Counted from the first letter of the stretch, positions 27,044 to 35,871 are shown. The stretch: 36,766 bases of DNA from a virus (IMGVR_UViG_3300025103_003763:1-36766); one strand, 5' to 3'. Translations and numbers: made by a program. Notes: a model not told the origin generated them from the sequence alone.

Positions 27044-27768
27044 GAATAGCACAAATAGTTAATTTTTACCTTGGGGCTAGAAGAGTTGAAAATCCTTTAT
27101 ATAAAAGCGACCGACTTTTCTTTTTAAAAAAACATTTGGAGGCCACAAAAAGTGTGCCTAATTCTGTTAAGGATTTTATATTTGTTTTCAATACTCATGG
27201 ACGGGACGCCCTGCTTGACGAAGCTATTGAGTTAATAAGTATTCATACAGAAAATACAAACTGTAATATTACGACAATGGTCAGAGAAAACCTTGATTAT
27301 TCTTATGGGGCTTGGGATTTTGCACTTAAAGAATTCGTTGGTGAGTACGATTATTCTATCCTTATGGAGGATGATTATATTCCTGTTTCTGAGAATTATG
27401 ATAAAAAATTTTTAGAACTTTTTGACGAGGACGATATTTTTTATATTTGTCAGTTTTACACGAATCAAATTATAGGAAAGTGGCATTGTGCGATTGCTAA
27501 CGGGATGATTAAAAATAAGATTTTTGAAGATCATTTTAAAGAGTATAAAGAGGGATTTAATTTATGCGGAGCAGGTGGAGATTATGGTAAAGCAGAGTGG
27601 AATCAGTCTCGCTTTTTAGACAGGTATGTTGAAAAGGGGTATAAGATAAAAGATATTACTGAAAAATATTATGTTCCGTTTTTAAATTATAGGTCTTCGA
27701 TAGTGGGATACGGGAGCTCGGAAAATGAAATTTTATTAGCCCCAATTTGGCCTCCATACTCAGAATGA
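27040..27768 (+). CDS. Putative GT-A glycosyltransferase (RgpF/GT2-like)
   Basis: RENLDYSYGAW and MEDDY acidic motif. Confidence 0.6.
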   Translation: MRIAQIVNFYLGARRVENPLYKSDRLFFLKKHLEATKSVPNSVKDFIFVFNTHGRDALLDEAIELISIHTENTNCNITTMVRENLDYSYGAWDFALKEFVGEYDYSILMEDDYIPVSENYDKKFLELFDEDDIFYICQFYTNQIIGKWHCAIANGMIKNKIFEDHFKEYKEGFNLCGAGGDYGKAEWNQSRFLDRYVEKGYKIKDITEKYYVPFLNYRSSIVGYGSSENEILLAPIWPPYSE

Positions 27769-28232
27769 AAGATAAAGAAGATATCGAAATTCGTGAGATA
27801 AAAAAATCTGACGGTAAATTCATTTTAGAGATTAGGAATGATGACTCCACTAGATTTGTACTACATAATTCAGATCAATACACTTTAGACCAATTTAACT
27901 CTTGGTACGAAAACGATTCTCCTTATTGGCTTATTGCTTCTTACAGAAAATTAGATTTTGGCTACTTTAGAACGTGTCGCACAGATTCTAAAGATAAAAT
28001 TAGAATTGGAATGGATATACACCCTGATTTTAGGGGGCAGGGTTTAGCAAGACCTTCTTATCTTAAATTGTTTGACTTTTTAAAAAATAATAATTATAAA
28101 GAGGTGGACTTAGAAGTCTTGGAAAAAAACAAAATAGCTCACTCTTTATATTTAAAGTTGGGATTTATTGAAACGAAAAAGTACGTTCTGGAAAACGGTT
28201 TAGTTAGCATAGTGATGAGAAGAGACCTGTGA
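27765..28232 (+). CDS. GNAT N-acetyltransferase (PseH/RimJ-like)
   Basis: IRND, IHPDFRGQGLA acetyl-CoA motif, LEVLEKN..A..LYLKLGF; ATG 27765 in an ATGA overlap (track start 27747). Confidence 0.88.
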   Translation: MKDKEDIEIREIKKSDGKFILEIRNDDSTRFVLHNSDQYTLDQFNSWYENDSPYWLIASYRKLDFGYFRTCRTDSKDKIRIGMDIHPDFRGQGLARPSYLKLFDFLKNNNYKEVDLEVLEKNKIAHSLYLKLGFIETKKYVLENGLVSIVMRRDL

Positions 28233-29014
28233 AAGATTTAAAAATCCAAATTTTATTTTTTTATTACGATAGGCCCGAAATGGCTAAGACGTTTGCTTTA
28301 AAAAGCGTTTTACAGTCTAGTTACCCTAACTGGGAATTAAGCTTTATTGATGATAGCACAAAGCAAAATGGTAACAAAATTATAGAAGAACTTTTAAGCG
28401 AAAACTCTGACTACGTTAACGCTCCGAATTATTATGGAGAAAAAATTAATTTTTTAGATAAAATAAAAGTTTATAAAACGGGTAACATTCGAGAAAATGG
28501 GCATTCGATATTTGGAAAATTCGCTAATCAAGCAATGATAGAATCTGACTCAGACATTAGCATTATGCTGTGTGATGATGACGCCTTATTGCAGGACTAC
28601 TTAATGAATTTAAAAAATTTTTACATTAAAAATCTAGCTATTAAATATTCTTACTGTCACCTTATAGAGTATGATCCAGAAAAAGTTGCTAAACTTAAAG
28701 AGATAAGGAGGATTGATGTTGGGGACAGATATCCTGACTTTCCTTTAAATAGGAGCGAGTGTATAAATCCATATTGCAATATTGATAGCACTCAAGTTTC
28801 TTGGAGAAGAGAGGAGTTCGTGAAAATCGGAAAATTTCCATATCCACAAACTAGAGATTTGGACGCTTCAATTTATGACGCGATGTTTAAGGCGTGGGGA
28901 AATTGTTGCTGGAACGGCTTAACTGGACAATATAAAGGCTGGTTCGACGATCAATTAGGAAAAAGATTAAAAGGGTGGCATAGTGAAGAAGCATTTAACA
29001 TAAAGGTATCATAA
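28229..29014 (+). CDS. Glycosyltransferase family 2
   Basis: YDRP, SVLQSSYPNWELSFIDDS, LCDDD. Confidence 0.82.
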   Translation: MKDLKIQILFFYYDRPEMAKTFALKSVLQSSYPNWELSFIDDSTKQNGNKIIEELLSENSDYVNAPNYYGEKINFLDKIKVYKTGNIRENGHSIFGKFANQAMIESDSDISIMLCDDDALLQDYLMNLKNFYIKNLAIKYSYCHLIEYDPEKVAKLKEIRRIDVGDRYPDFPLNRSECINPYCNIDSTQVSWRREEFVKIGKFPYPQTRDLDASIYDAMFKAWGNCCWNGLTGQYKGWFDDQLGKRLKGWHSEEAFNIKVS

Positions 29015-29015
29015 T

Positions 29016-29960
29016 ATGAATATACTAGTAACAGGTGGCTGTGGCTTTATTGGTTCTAATTTTATAAATTTAATTATAAATAAGCCAGAAGTTAGTCAAA
29101 TTATTAATCTTGATTCCTTAACTTACGCCGCCGATTTAGACAACTTAAAAGACGTAAGCTATTCTCCTAAGTATAGTTTGGCAAAATTAGACTTAAGTAG
29201 GGGACAAGATGTTAAATTTGTTTTTGAAAAATATAATATAACTCACGTAGTTCATTTTGCTGCCGAGTCACACGTAGACAATTCGATAAAAGGTCCAGAG
29301 GCTTTTATTAAAACTAATTTAATAGGAACCTTTAATCTTTTAGAGGTGTGTAGAGATAGCGGAGTTGAAAGGTATCATCACATCTCTACTGATGAAGTTT
29401 ACGGAGCTCTAGGAGATTCTGGAAAATTTACAGAGCAAACACCTTACGACCCTCAAAATCCCTACTCTGCGACAAAAGCAGGAAGTGATATGCTCGTAAG
29501 AGCTTATGGAAATACGTTTGGCTTACCTTTCACGTTATCAAATTGTAGTAATAATTACGGCCCAAGGCAGCATAAAGAAAAATTTATTCCAGTAGTGATA
29601 AATTCTATAAGAAATGGAGAAATGATTCCTATTTATGGAAAAGGGGCTAATATTAGAGATTGGATTTACGTAGATGATCATTGTGAGGCAATTTGGGAAA
29701 TACTTACCAGAGGGAAAGATTCAGAGACGTATTTGATTGGTTCTGATTGCGAAAAAACTAATCTTGAAATGGTTCATAAAATATGTGAAGTAATGGAAGT
29801 TAATCCTGACGATTATATATCCTTTGTCGAAGACAGAAAGGGTCACGATTTCAGATACGCAATAGATAATACAAAAATAAAAAAAGAGTTGAACTGGGAG
29901 CCAAAAACTGATTTAATATCTGGACTGGAAGAAACTGTAAAGTTTTATAATTATAAATAA
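29016..29960 (+). CDS. rmlB: dTDP-glucose 4,6-dehydratase
   Basis: VTGGCGFIGSNF, HFAAESHVDNSI, ISTDEVYG, PYSATK, NCSNNYGP, RDWIYVDDH, DRKGHDFRYA. Confidence 0.96.
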   Translation: MNILVTGGCGFIGSNFINLIINKPEVSQIINLDSLTYAADLDNLKDVSYSPKYSLAKLDLSRGQDVKFVFEKYNITHVVHFAAESHVDNSIKGPEAFIKTNLIGTFNLLEVCRDSGVERYHHISTDEVYGALGDSGKFTEQTPYDPQNPYSATKAGSDMLVRAYGNTFGLPFTLSNCSNNYGPRQHKEKFIPVVINSIRNGEMIPIYGKGANIRDWIYVDDHCEAIWEILTRGKDSETYLIGSDCEKTNLEMVHKICEVMEVNPDDYISFVEDRKGHDFRYAIDNTKIKKELNWEPKTDLISGLEETVKFYNYK

Positions 29961-29990
29961 TAATCGCTATTTAAAAACACTTTTTAAAAA

Positions 29991-31319
29991 ATGAGCAACG
30001 CTAGACAAAGAAGAAGACAATCGAGAAAAATTAAGCCCTCTGGCAACGGTAAAATTTTTATTCAGATAGCTAGTTATAGAGACCCTCTCTTAGAGAGCAC
30101 TATCCAAGACGCTATTGATCAAGCGGATAAACCAGAAAATTTAGTCTTTAGTATTTGTAGACAGTTTCATCCTGACGATAAGTTCGACACTTTAGATAAA
30201 TGGAGGGGAGACTCCAGATTTAGAATCCTTGATGTTGATTGGGATAAAGCTAAAGGCGTTTGTTGGGCGAGGTGGTCTGTTCAACAACAGTATCAAGATG
30301 AGGAATACACCCTACAAATAGACTCTCACCATAGATTTGTCAAAGGCTGGGATACAATTTCTATTGATATGTTGAAAGACCTTCAAAAAGATGGTTACGA
30401 GAAGCCTTTACTTACGGGGTACATACCTTCATTTGACCCAGATAATGACCCCGAAGGTAGAGCTAAAGAGCCTTGGGAAATGACCTTCGATAGATTTATT
30501 CCTGAAGGGGCCGTTTTCTTTTTACCTCAATCTATTAAAGATTGGAAGACTAGAAAAAAGCCTGTTAGAGCTAGATTTTACTCTGCCCACTTTGCTTTTA
30601 CTTTAGGTCAATTTTCTGTAGAAGTTCAACATGACCCTGATTATTACTTTCATGGAGAAGAAATTAGCATAGCTGTTAGAGCTTATACTCATGGGTACGA
30701 TTTATTTTATCCTCATAAAATTATAGCTTGGCATGAGTACACAAGGAAAGGTCGCTCTAAGCATTGGGATGACTCCAAAGGTTGGGGAAAATTAAATAAA
30801 GAATGTCATCAAAGAAATAGAGCTTTATTTGGGATGGATGGAGAGGCTCCCAGAAAAGATGGTAAGTATGGATTCGGTACAGTTAGAACATTAAGAGATT
30901 ATGAAAAATATGCCGGTCTTCACTTTAAGAAAAGAGCCATTCAACAGTGGACCGAAGAACACAAAGAGCCGCCCAATCCAGAAGTTTACGATACTGAAGA
31001 AGAGTGGGAAGGTTCTTTCTTGAGGATTTTTAAACATTGTATCGACGTTGGGTACAAGAGAGTTCCTCTAGACGATTACGACTTTTGGTGTGTCGTTTAT
31101 AAAGATAAGGACGGAAAAGATTTACACAGGCAGGACGCTGGACCAAGAGAAATAGAAAGAATGAAAAATGATCCTGACGGATACTGCAAAGTGTGGAGAA
31201 AATTCTTGGCAGATGAAAAAAATCCGCCCGTAAGTTACATAGTCTGGCCACATAGTAAGTCAAAGGGGTGGCAAGAGCAAATCAAAGGAACTCTTAGGAA
31301 CACTGCTGTAGTTTCGTGA
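29991..31319 (+). CDS. GT60-family (Skp1 Gnt1-like) polypeptide alpha-GlcNAc transferase with C-terminal extension
   Basis: IFIQIASYRDP, GVCWAR, LQIDSHHRF..GWD, YFHGEEI...RAYTHGYD, YGFGTVRTL..YE. Confidence 0.82.
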   Translation: MSNARQRRRQSRKIKPSGNGKIFIQIASYRDPLLESTIQDAIDQADKPENLVFSICRQFHPDDKFDTLDKWRGDSRFRILDVDWDKAKGVCWARWSVQQQYQDEEYTLQIDSHHRFVKGWDTISIDMLKDLQKDGYEKPLLTGYIPSFDPDNDPEGRAKEPWEMTFDRFIPEGAVFFLPQSIKDWKTRKKPVRARFYSAHFAFTLGQFSVEVQHDPDYYFHGEEISIAVRAYTHGYDLFYPHKIIAWHEYTRKGRSKHWDDSKGWGKLNKECHQRNRALFGMDGEAPRKDGKYGFGTVRTLRDYEKYAGLHFKKRAIQQWTEEHKEPPNPEVYDTEEEWEGSFLRIFKHCIDVGYKRVPLDDYDFWCVVYKDKDGKDLHRQDAGPREIERMKNDPDGYCKVWRKFLADEKNPPVSYIVWPHSKSKGWQEQIKGTLRNTAVVS

Positions 31320-32692
31320 TGAGAGAAAACTTTTGTATTACCTCTTTAGTTGTAGGAGAAAAGTATAGAAAATTTTCTAAACTTTTTTATGACTCTTGGG
31401 TTGAAAAGTGTGAAGTAGATCGACCTAAGCTTATTCTTGTGGTCGATGACTTGGATTATTATAAAGACTTTGATCATCCAGACTTTACAGCAGTACCCTT
31501 AACTAAAGAAACGTATGGTCATATAGATTCTAATAAAACTGTAGGAACTGGAACCGTTTATAAGTTTGACTATTCTTTAAAAAGATTCTGTTTTCAAGCT
31601 TGTCTAGATCGTGGTCATGAAAATATCTGTTTTATTGATATGGACATGATAATTAGAGTCTGGGATTGGGACGTTATAAATAAATGTGAGCATGAAGGTT
31701 TATGGTGCGGCAGTTGGTATCCAGCTTCAGGTTTTGGGGGTGAGATTCCTAAGAAAGAGGAAGATGTGACATTTACCCCCAAGCTTGAAGCTTTAAAAGA
31801 TGAAATGGATTTAAGTTTTAGTTGGGTAGATTTTAAAATGCCATTTGAAGCCGCGCTTGTTTTAACCTCTACCAAGGAGAAAATACAAAATTTTATAAAT
31901 AATTGGGCTCTTGTTTCAGAAAACACCAGAAAATTGGGTCTTCAAATGGAAAATGTATGTCACGAAATTTCCATTGCTGCTGAATTATCTGAAATCAAAC
32001 AGGGACTTAACCGTGAACTGTTATCCGTTATTTTTCGGCACTATATTATGAGCCACAAGGAGCTATTGGATATATATAAAAGTAAATACGTTGACGAAAA
32101 AGCTGGAGAAGGCAAAAAGCCTTCCCCAACTCCACATAATATTTTTTCGAAATGTCCCTTTCGTTCTCCAGAAGCAGTTTCTCACGCTATCAAAGATATT
32201 ATTCGGGATAAGACGGTTTGTGAGTTGGGGTGTGCTGAAGGAGACAATATGGTGTTTTTGTCACGTTACGCTAAGAAAGTGTTTGGGTTTGATAACAAAG
32301 AGGAGAGATATGAAGTCGCTAAAAAAAGAGGTCTAGATATCAGAGCTTTAGATTACAGAAACGAAGATGTTCCTTTGGCTGAAGTTTATTACTTTTGGCC
32401 AGACGAAGGCTATAAAGATAATGATTATTTAATAAGAAAATTAATTTCAAATAAAGATTTTAAAGGGGTTATCGTAGTCGCTGCTGATAGTGGTCATACT
32501 GGAATTAGACTTGGAGGCCCACATAGAGCAGAATCTATGGTCGTTAGACAATGCGCTGACTATTGGGGTGGAGAGATAATAACAGTTCCTTTCAATGAGG
32601 GTGACGGGTACAGGGAAAGTGGTGAATTTATTTTAGCTGTAATTAAATCTGGACCTGCTCTGAATTCTTTAGTTTTAAATGGCTTAAAATGA
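31316..32692 (+). CDS. Fusion protein: GT-A-like domain plus class I methyltransferase domain
   Basis: N-terminal VGEKY...VVDD...KRF...FIDMD (DxD); C-terminal VCELGCAEG...FGFD. Confidence 0.7.
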   Translation: MMRENFCITSLVVGEKYRKFSKLFYDSWVEKCEVDRPKLILVVDDLDYYKDFDHPDFTAVPLTKETYGHIDSNKTVGTGTVYKFDYSLKRFCFQACLDRGHENICFIDMDMIIRVWDWDVINKCEHEGLWCGSWYPASGFGGEIPKKEEDVTFTPKLEALKDEMDLSFSWVDFKMPFEAALVLTSTKEKIQNFINNWALVSENTRKLGLQMENVCHEISIAAELSEIKQGLNRELLSVIFRHYIMSHKELLDIYKSKYVDEKAGEGKKPSPTPHNIFSKCPFRSPEAVSHAIKDIIRDKTVCELGCAEGDNMVFLSRYAKKVFGFDNKEERYEVAKKRGLDIRALDYRNEDVPLAEVYYFWPDEGYKDNDYLIRKLISNKDFKGVIVVAADSGHTGIRLGGPHRAESMVVRQCADYWGGEIITVPFNEGDGYRESGEFILAVIKSGPALNSLVLNGLK

Positions 32693-33747
32693 TTCATTGT
32701 GATTTAGATTGGAATTGCGGGTGGGGCAATGAAGTAATTCAATATTGTTTTGGTAGATGCTTGGCTGCAGAACTAGATTATTATGTAAAATGCCCCAAGA
32801 TAAGATATTTAGACAATTCTGGAGATTGGAATTTAGAAGGTAAAAGATTTCATGATCCTGTTTATGAAATTTCAGAAAAAAATCATAAGCATAGAGTAGA
32901 AGTAGAAGATTTAAGAAGGCAAACAGATTGTAAATTTATCGTAAGGTCTTTCCTAGAGTATTATCCTTTTTATAAAAATTATTCTAACGAAATTAAGAAT
33001 GACTGGATGTACATGGATCAACCTTTTTCGAGAGACAACTTAAAAGGTTTAACTTTTAAAATTATTAATTGGGATCATGAGGAAATAAAAAAAGGAAAGA
33101 GGTATGATGACAAATACTACACAGACGTCTCTCAAGAGTACCCACGTTATCCTGATGGATGGCATATTGTAGATAAAAATGGCCATAGACCTACTTCATC
33201 CACCCCCTTTAGGGTGGGCGATGATAGATTTACGGAAATTCATACCCCTAAAATACATGAGGATGACTTACTTCTTAACATAAGGCTTGGGCCAGATTAT
33301 ACCTATGGGCAGTTTAGGAATAGAAGAGTTTTGTCTGATTATTTTTTACCCCTCTTAGATAAAATTCATTTTAAAAGTTTATTTATTTGTTCTGAGTGGC
33401 CCTTTCACGAAATTTTACAACCGCTCTATAAATATAATCCTATTTTTTTATCCCATTCAGAACCGCCAGAGATTAAGACTTTTAATTTTATAAGGCTATT
33501 TAATAAAGTCGCTATTACTCAAAGTTCTTGGAGTTGGATGGCCGCTTATTTATCTGAAGCGACAGAAATATATTTTCCAATTACAAGAGATGGCCCTTGG
33601 TCTTATGGGCCAAATCAAAAATCTCAATGGAAAGACGTCGGTCATGATTTAATGGTTGATGAAGATAGATATATTTATGTTAATAGTGACGGAGATATAA
33701 TAGGTAATTATGACGAAACTAGAAAGAAGCTTCCATTTCCCTTATGA
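32689..33747 (+). CDS. GT11-like (alpha-1,2-fucosyltransferase-type) glycosyltransferase
   Basis: GWGNEVIQY (GxGNQxFQY-like), LNIRLGPDY (HxRxGDY-like), SSWSWMAAYLS. Confidence 0.75.
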   Translation: MIHCDLDWNCGWGNEVIQYCFGRCLAAELDYYVKCPKIRYLDNSGDWNLEGKRFHDPVYEISEKNHKHRVEVEDLRRQTDCKFIVRSFLEYYPFYKNYSNEIKNDWMYMDQPFSRDNLKGLTFKIINWDHEEIKKGKRYDDKYYTDVSQEYPRYPDGWHIVDKNGHRPTSSTPFRVGDDRFTEIHTPKIHEDDLLLNIRLGPDYTYGQFRNRRVLSDYFLPLLDKIHFKSLFICSEWPFHEILQPLYKYNPIFLSHSEPPEIKTFNFIRLFNKVAITQSSWSWMAAYLSEATEIYFPITRDGPWSYGPNQKSQWKDVGHDLMVDEDRYIYVNSDGDIIGNYDETRKKLPFPL

Positions 33748-34562
33748 AATATTTTAAACAGTACGGAGAACAAAGAACAGGAACTAATTATTTAAAAAGT
33801 TTACTTGAGCTAAACTTTGAAGAGGCGACTGTTTTTGCAAGTGTTCTAGGGTGGAAGCACGGGATGTATGAAGTTTCAAATTATAAGGAGAGGTGGTACA
33901 TGAATAACCTTAAAACCTTTCCCGAATTTGAAGCTGAAAGCCATAAGGATTGGGTTAGAAAAATGTCTAAAGGTATTGATCCTAAAACCGCTAAACCTTT
34001 ACTAGAAGGACAAGTGCTTTGTGTGGACAATTACGTATTACCTTTTAGCGCGGATGAACTTAATTATGCTTGTGACAACCTTAATTATATTTTTATGATA
34101 AAAGATATCTATGGGTTCGTTTATAGCTTTAAAAGGTTTAGGCATAGAAGATTGGATTGGGAAGACGTTTTGAAAAATGGATGGGTTAGACGATGGTGCA
34201 ATCGTTACGAGCTCAATTACAGAAGGTGGGTGGAGCTTTTTGAGGGTAATAAGGATAATTCGATTTTCATTCAATACGAAGACTTAATACGAGATAAAAA
34301 TAAAATTTTATCTCAGCTTGAATCTAAATTTAAATTAACTAAAAAACATAAAGGTTATGTAGATGAAGATAAAGTGATTCAAGCATCTACTGACATGGGG
34401 TTAATAAAAACCAAGACCCCTTTTGATAAAAATTTTTATCTTAATCGTCGATATATGGATCATTTACCCGACGAAGTAAAAGAAGTTATTGATAATAAAT
34501 ACAATAGCCCGAACTTCCAAATATTACTAAACAAAATCTCTAATAGAGTTAATTTGTCCTAA
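33744..34562 (+). CDS. Sulfotransferase-like protein
   Basis: 5'-PSB-like GEQRTGTNYL, WKHG, 3'-PB-like KDIYGFVYS, IQYEDL. Confidence 0.72.
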   Translation: MKYFKQYGEQRTGTNYLKSLLELNFEEATVFASVLGWKHGMYEVSNYKERWYMNNLKTFPEFEAESHKDWVRKMSKGIDPKTAKPLLEGQVLCVDNYVLPFSADELNYACDNLNYIFMIKDIYGFVYSFKRFRHRRLDWEDVLKNGWVRRWCNRYELNYRRWVELFEGNKDNSIFIQYEDLIRDKNKILSQLESKFKLTKKHKGYVDEDKVIQASTDMGLIKTKTPFDKNFYLNRRYMDHLPDEVKEVIDNKYNSPNFQILLNKISNRVNLS

Positions 34563-34865
34563 GAGATTTGGGGTATTCTCACACCTAATATATGGAGTTT
34601 TAATAGTTAAAGGGTAATTATTTTCTGTATCAATCCTTACCCCCTCTACCCTCCACTCTGGTAAGATGATATCGTCTACGAAATCGTACCACCCTTTCTT
34701 TTTTAAAAAATTATAATAATTATCAACCATTTCCTTTTCTGACTCTATTACGACTTCATAATTTAGGTCTGTTTTAGCGACCATTGTGATAAATCTGAAG
34801 TATAAACCTTCAGAGGGTGGATCAGAACTTAATTCTGCAGCAATAATTAAATTTAAATTTCCCAC
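34527..34865 (-). CDS. Hypothetical protein
   Basis: 112 aa ORF filling the gap; preceded by the GTGTA motif on the minus strand; its 3' end overlaps the sulfotransferase. Confidence 0.7.
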   Translation of the reverse strand: MGNLNLIIAAELSSDPPSEGLYFRFITMVAKTDLNYEVVIESEKEMVDNYYNFLKKKGWYDFVDDIILPEWRVEGVRIDTENNYPLTIKTPYIRCENTPNLLGQINSIRDFV

Positions 34866-34869
34866 TTAA

Positions 34870-34897
34870 TAATATACACTTATATTAGTGTATTCAA
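34870..34897. promoter_or_regulatory. Back-to-back GTGTA motifs (divergent promoter pair)
   Basis: ATACACT-tatatt-AGTGTAT (34874-34893); each copy starts 14 nt from a divergent start codon (34865, 34902). Confidence 0.6.
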
Positions 34898-34901
34898 TAA
34901 T

Positions 34902-35855
34902 ATGAAGGTGTTGTTTACTAGTAACGAAAACCCCTCTTACCCATCGGTTAGCATGTTGGCAAAACAACCTGTAGAATTCATAAGAAATGCTGGAGTTAAT
35001 GCAGAGTATCAATTCAGTGACGATGTTGATTTAAATAAAAAAAAGTATGATGTTATAGTTTTTATAAAATATTGTCATAGAGGGTTACTTAAACAAGCTT
35101 CCGAAATGGGAATAAAAACTATATGGAATTCTGCTGGTGGAGCTTTAGTTATGAATAGGGAAACGCATGACTTGCCTAGAAATCACAATGATGAACTTGA
35201 CGCATTAATATCTACTTGTGACGATTATACCCACCTACTTAGGACTCGAAATGATGCACCTTTTAAATCTCAAATTATTAGGACTATTCACCATCATCAT
35301 TGTAATTTTGATAATTCTGTCGCCCCTTTTAGAGAAAAAGTTGAAAATATAGGTTATTTAGGTTGCAAAAATCAACTTCATCGCAAGTGGGAGTTTATGA
35401 GATTTGCTGAAAGTAGAGATTGCAAATTATTTGATAGAGGGGGGATCGGACTTACAGATACTGAAAAGACGTTAAGAATTTTTAAAGATTGGTATCACAA
35501 ATTTGATATTGGTATAGTTTTTTATGAAGAGGATTGGTGGGCTGTTGGGGACGAAAAGGGTCACGAAGACAGGTTAATTTGTAGAGCTAATACGAAATCT
35601 ACAAATAACGCGGCGTACGGTATCCCTACCGTAACCTCCCCTTATAGTTCTTACATAGAGGCTCTTGGAGATACGGGGGCCATTACTGTTGTAAGGAATT
35701 TTTACGAAGCTATTCAAGCGTTAGATGAATTAATAAAAGACCCTTCAAAGAGATACGAAATGAGAGAAGCTGCCTTACAAGCTAGGGACCGTTTTCACCC
35801 CACGACAATAGCTAAAGATTATATTTCTTTATTTGAGGAAGTCTTGAGCAAGTAA
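34902..35855 (+). CDS. GT-B fold glycosyltransferase-like protein, paralog 1
   Basis: DVIVFIK, IGYLG, FDIGIV, K...AAYGIPTVTSPYSSY, C-terminal helix IAKDYISLF. Confidence 0.72.
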   Translation: MKVLFTSNENPSYPSVSMLAKQPVEFIRNAGVNAEYQFSDDVDLNKKKYDVIVFIKYCHRGLLKQASEMGIKTIWNSAGGALVMNRETHDLPRNHNDELDALISTCDDYTHLLRTRNDAPFKSQIIRTIHHHHCNFDNSVAPFREKVENIGYLGCKNQLHRKWEFMRFAESRDCKLFDRGGIGLTDTEKTLRIFKDWYHKFDIGIVFYEEDWWAVGDEKGHEDRLICRANTKSTNNAAYGIPTVTSPYSSYIEALGDTGAITVVRNFYEAIQALDELIKDPSKRYEMREAALQARDRFHPTTIAKDYISLFEEVLSK

Positions 35856-35856
35856 A

Positions 35857-35865
35857 GTGTAATTA
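35857..35865 (+). promoter_or_regulatory. GTGTA(A/T) motif, candidate phage promoter
   Basis: AAGTGTAATTATACTATGTG; motif starts 15 nt before GTG 35872. Confidence 0.5.
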
Positions 35866-35871
35866 TACTAT

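Noticed and set aside
29969-29989. Inverted repeat TTTAAAAA-cac-TTTTTAAA before the GT60 gene
   Set aside because: Pure A/T stem, expected by chance in this composition and too weak to call a terminator or operator.
489-34274. Short antisense or alternate-frame ORFs in the track (e.g. 489-683, 1205-1561, 5243-5488, 12072-12395, 15017-15208, 17211-17408, 17462-17662, 17952-18143, 23040-23423, 31615-31926, 32091-32336, 34038-34274)
   Set aside because: They lie wholly or mostly within well-supported genes, have shadow-like composition and carry no motifs.
19478-34562. Ordinary bacterial O-antigen/capsule locus
   Set aside because: No wzx/wzy/wzz/ABC transporter or priming phosphoglycosyl transferase, and the island adjoins a phage-type replisome and HNH. 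It cannot be fully excluded without the flanks.
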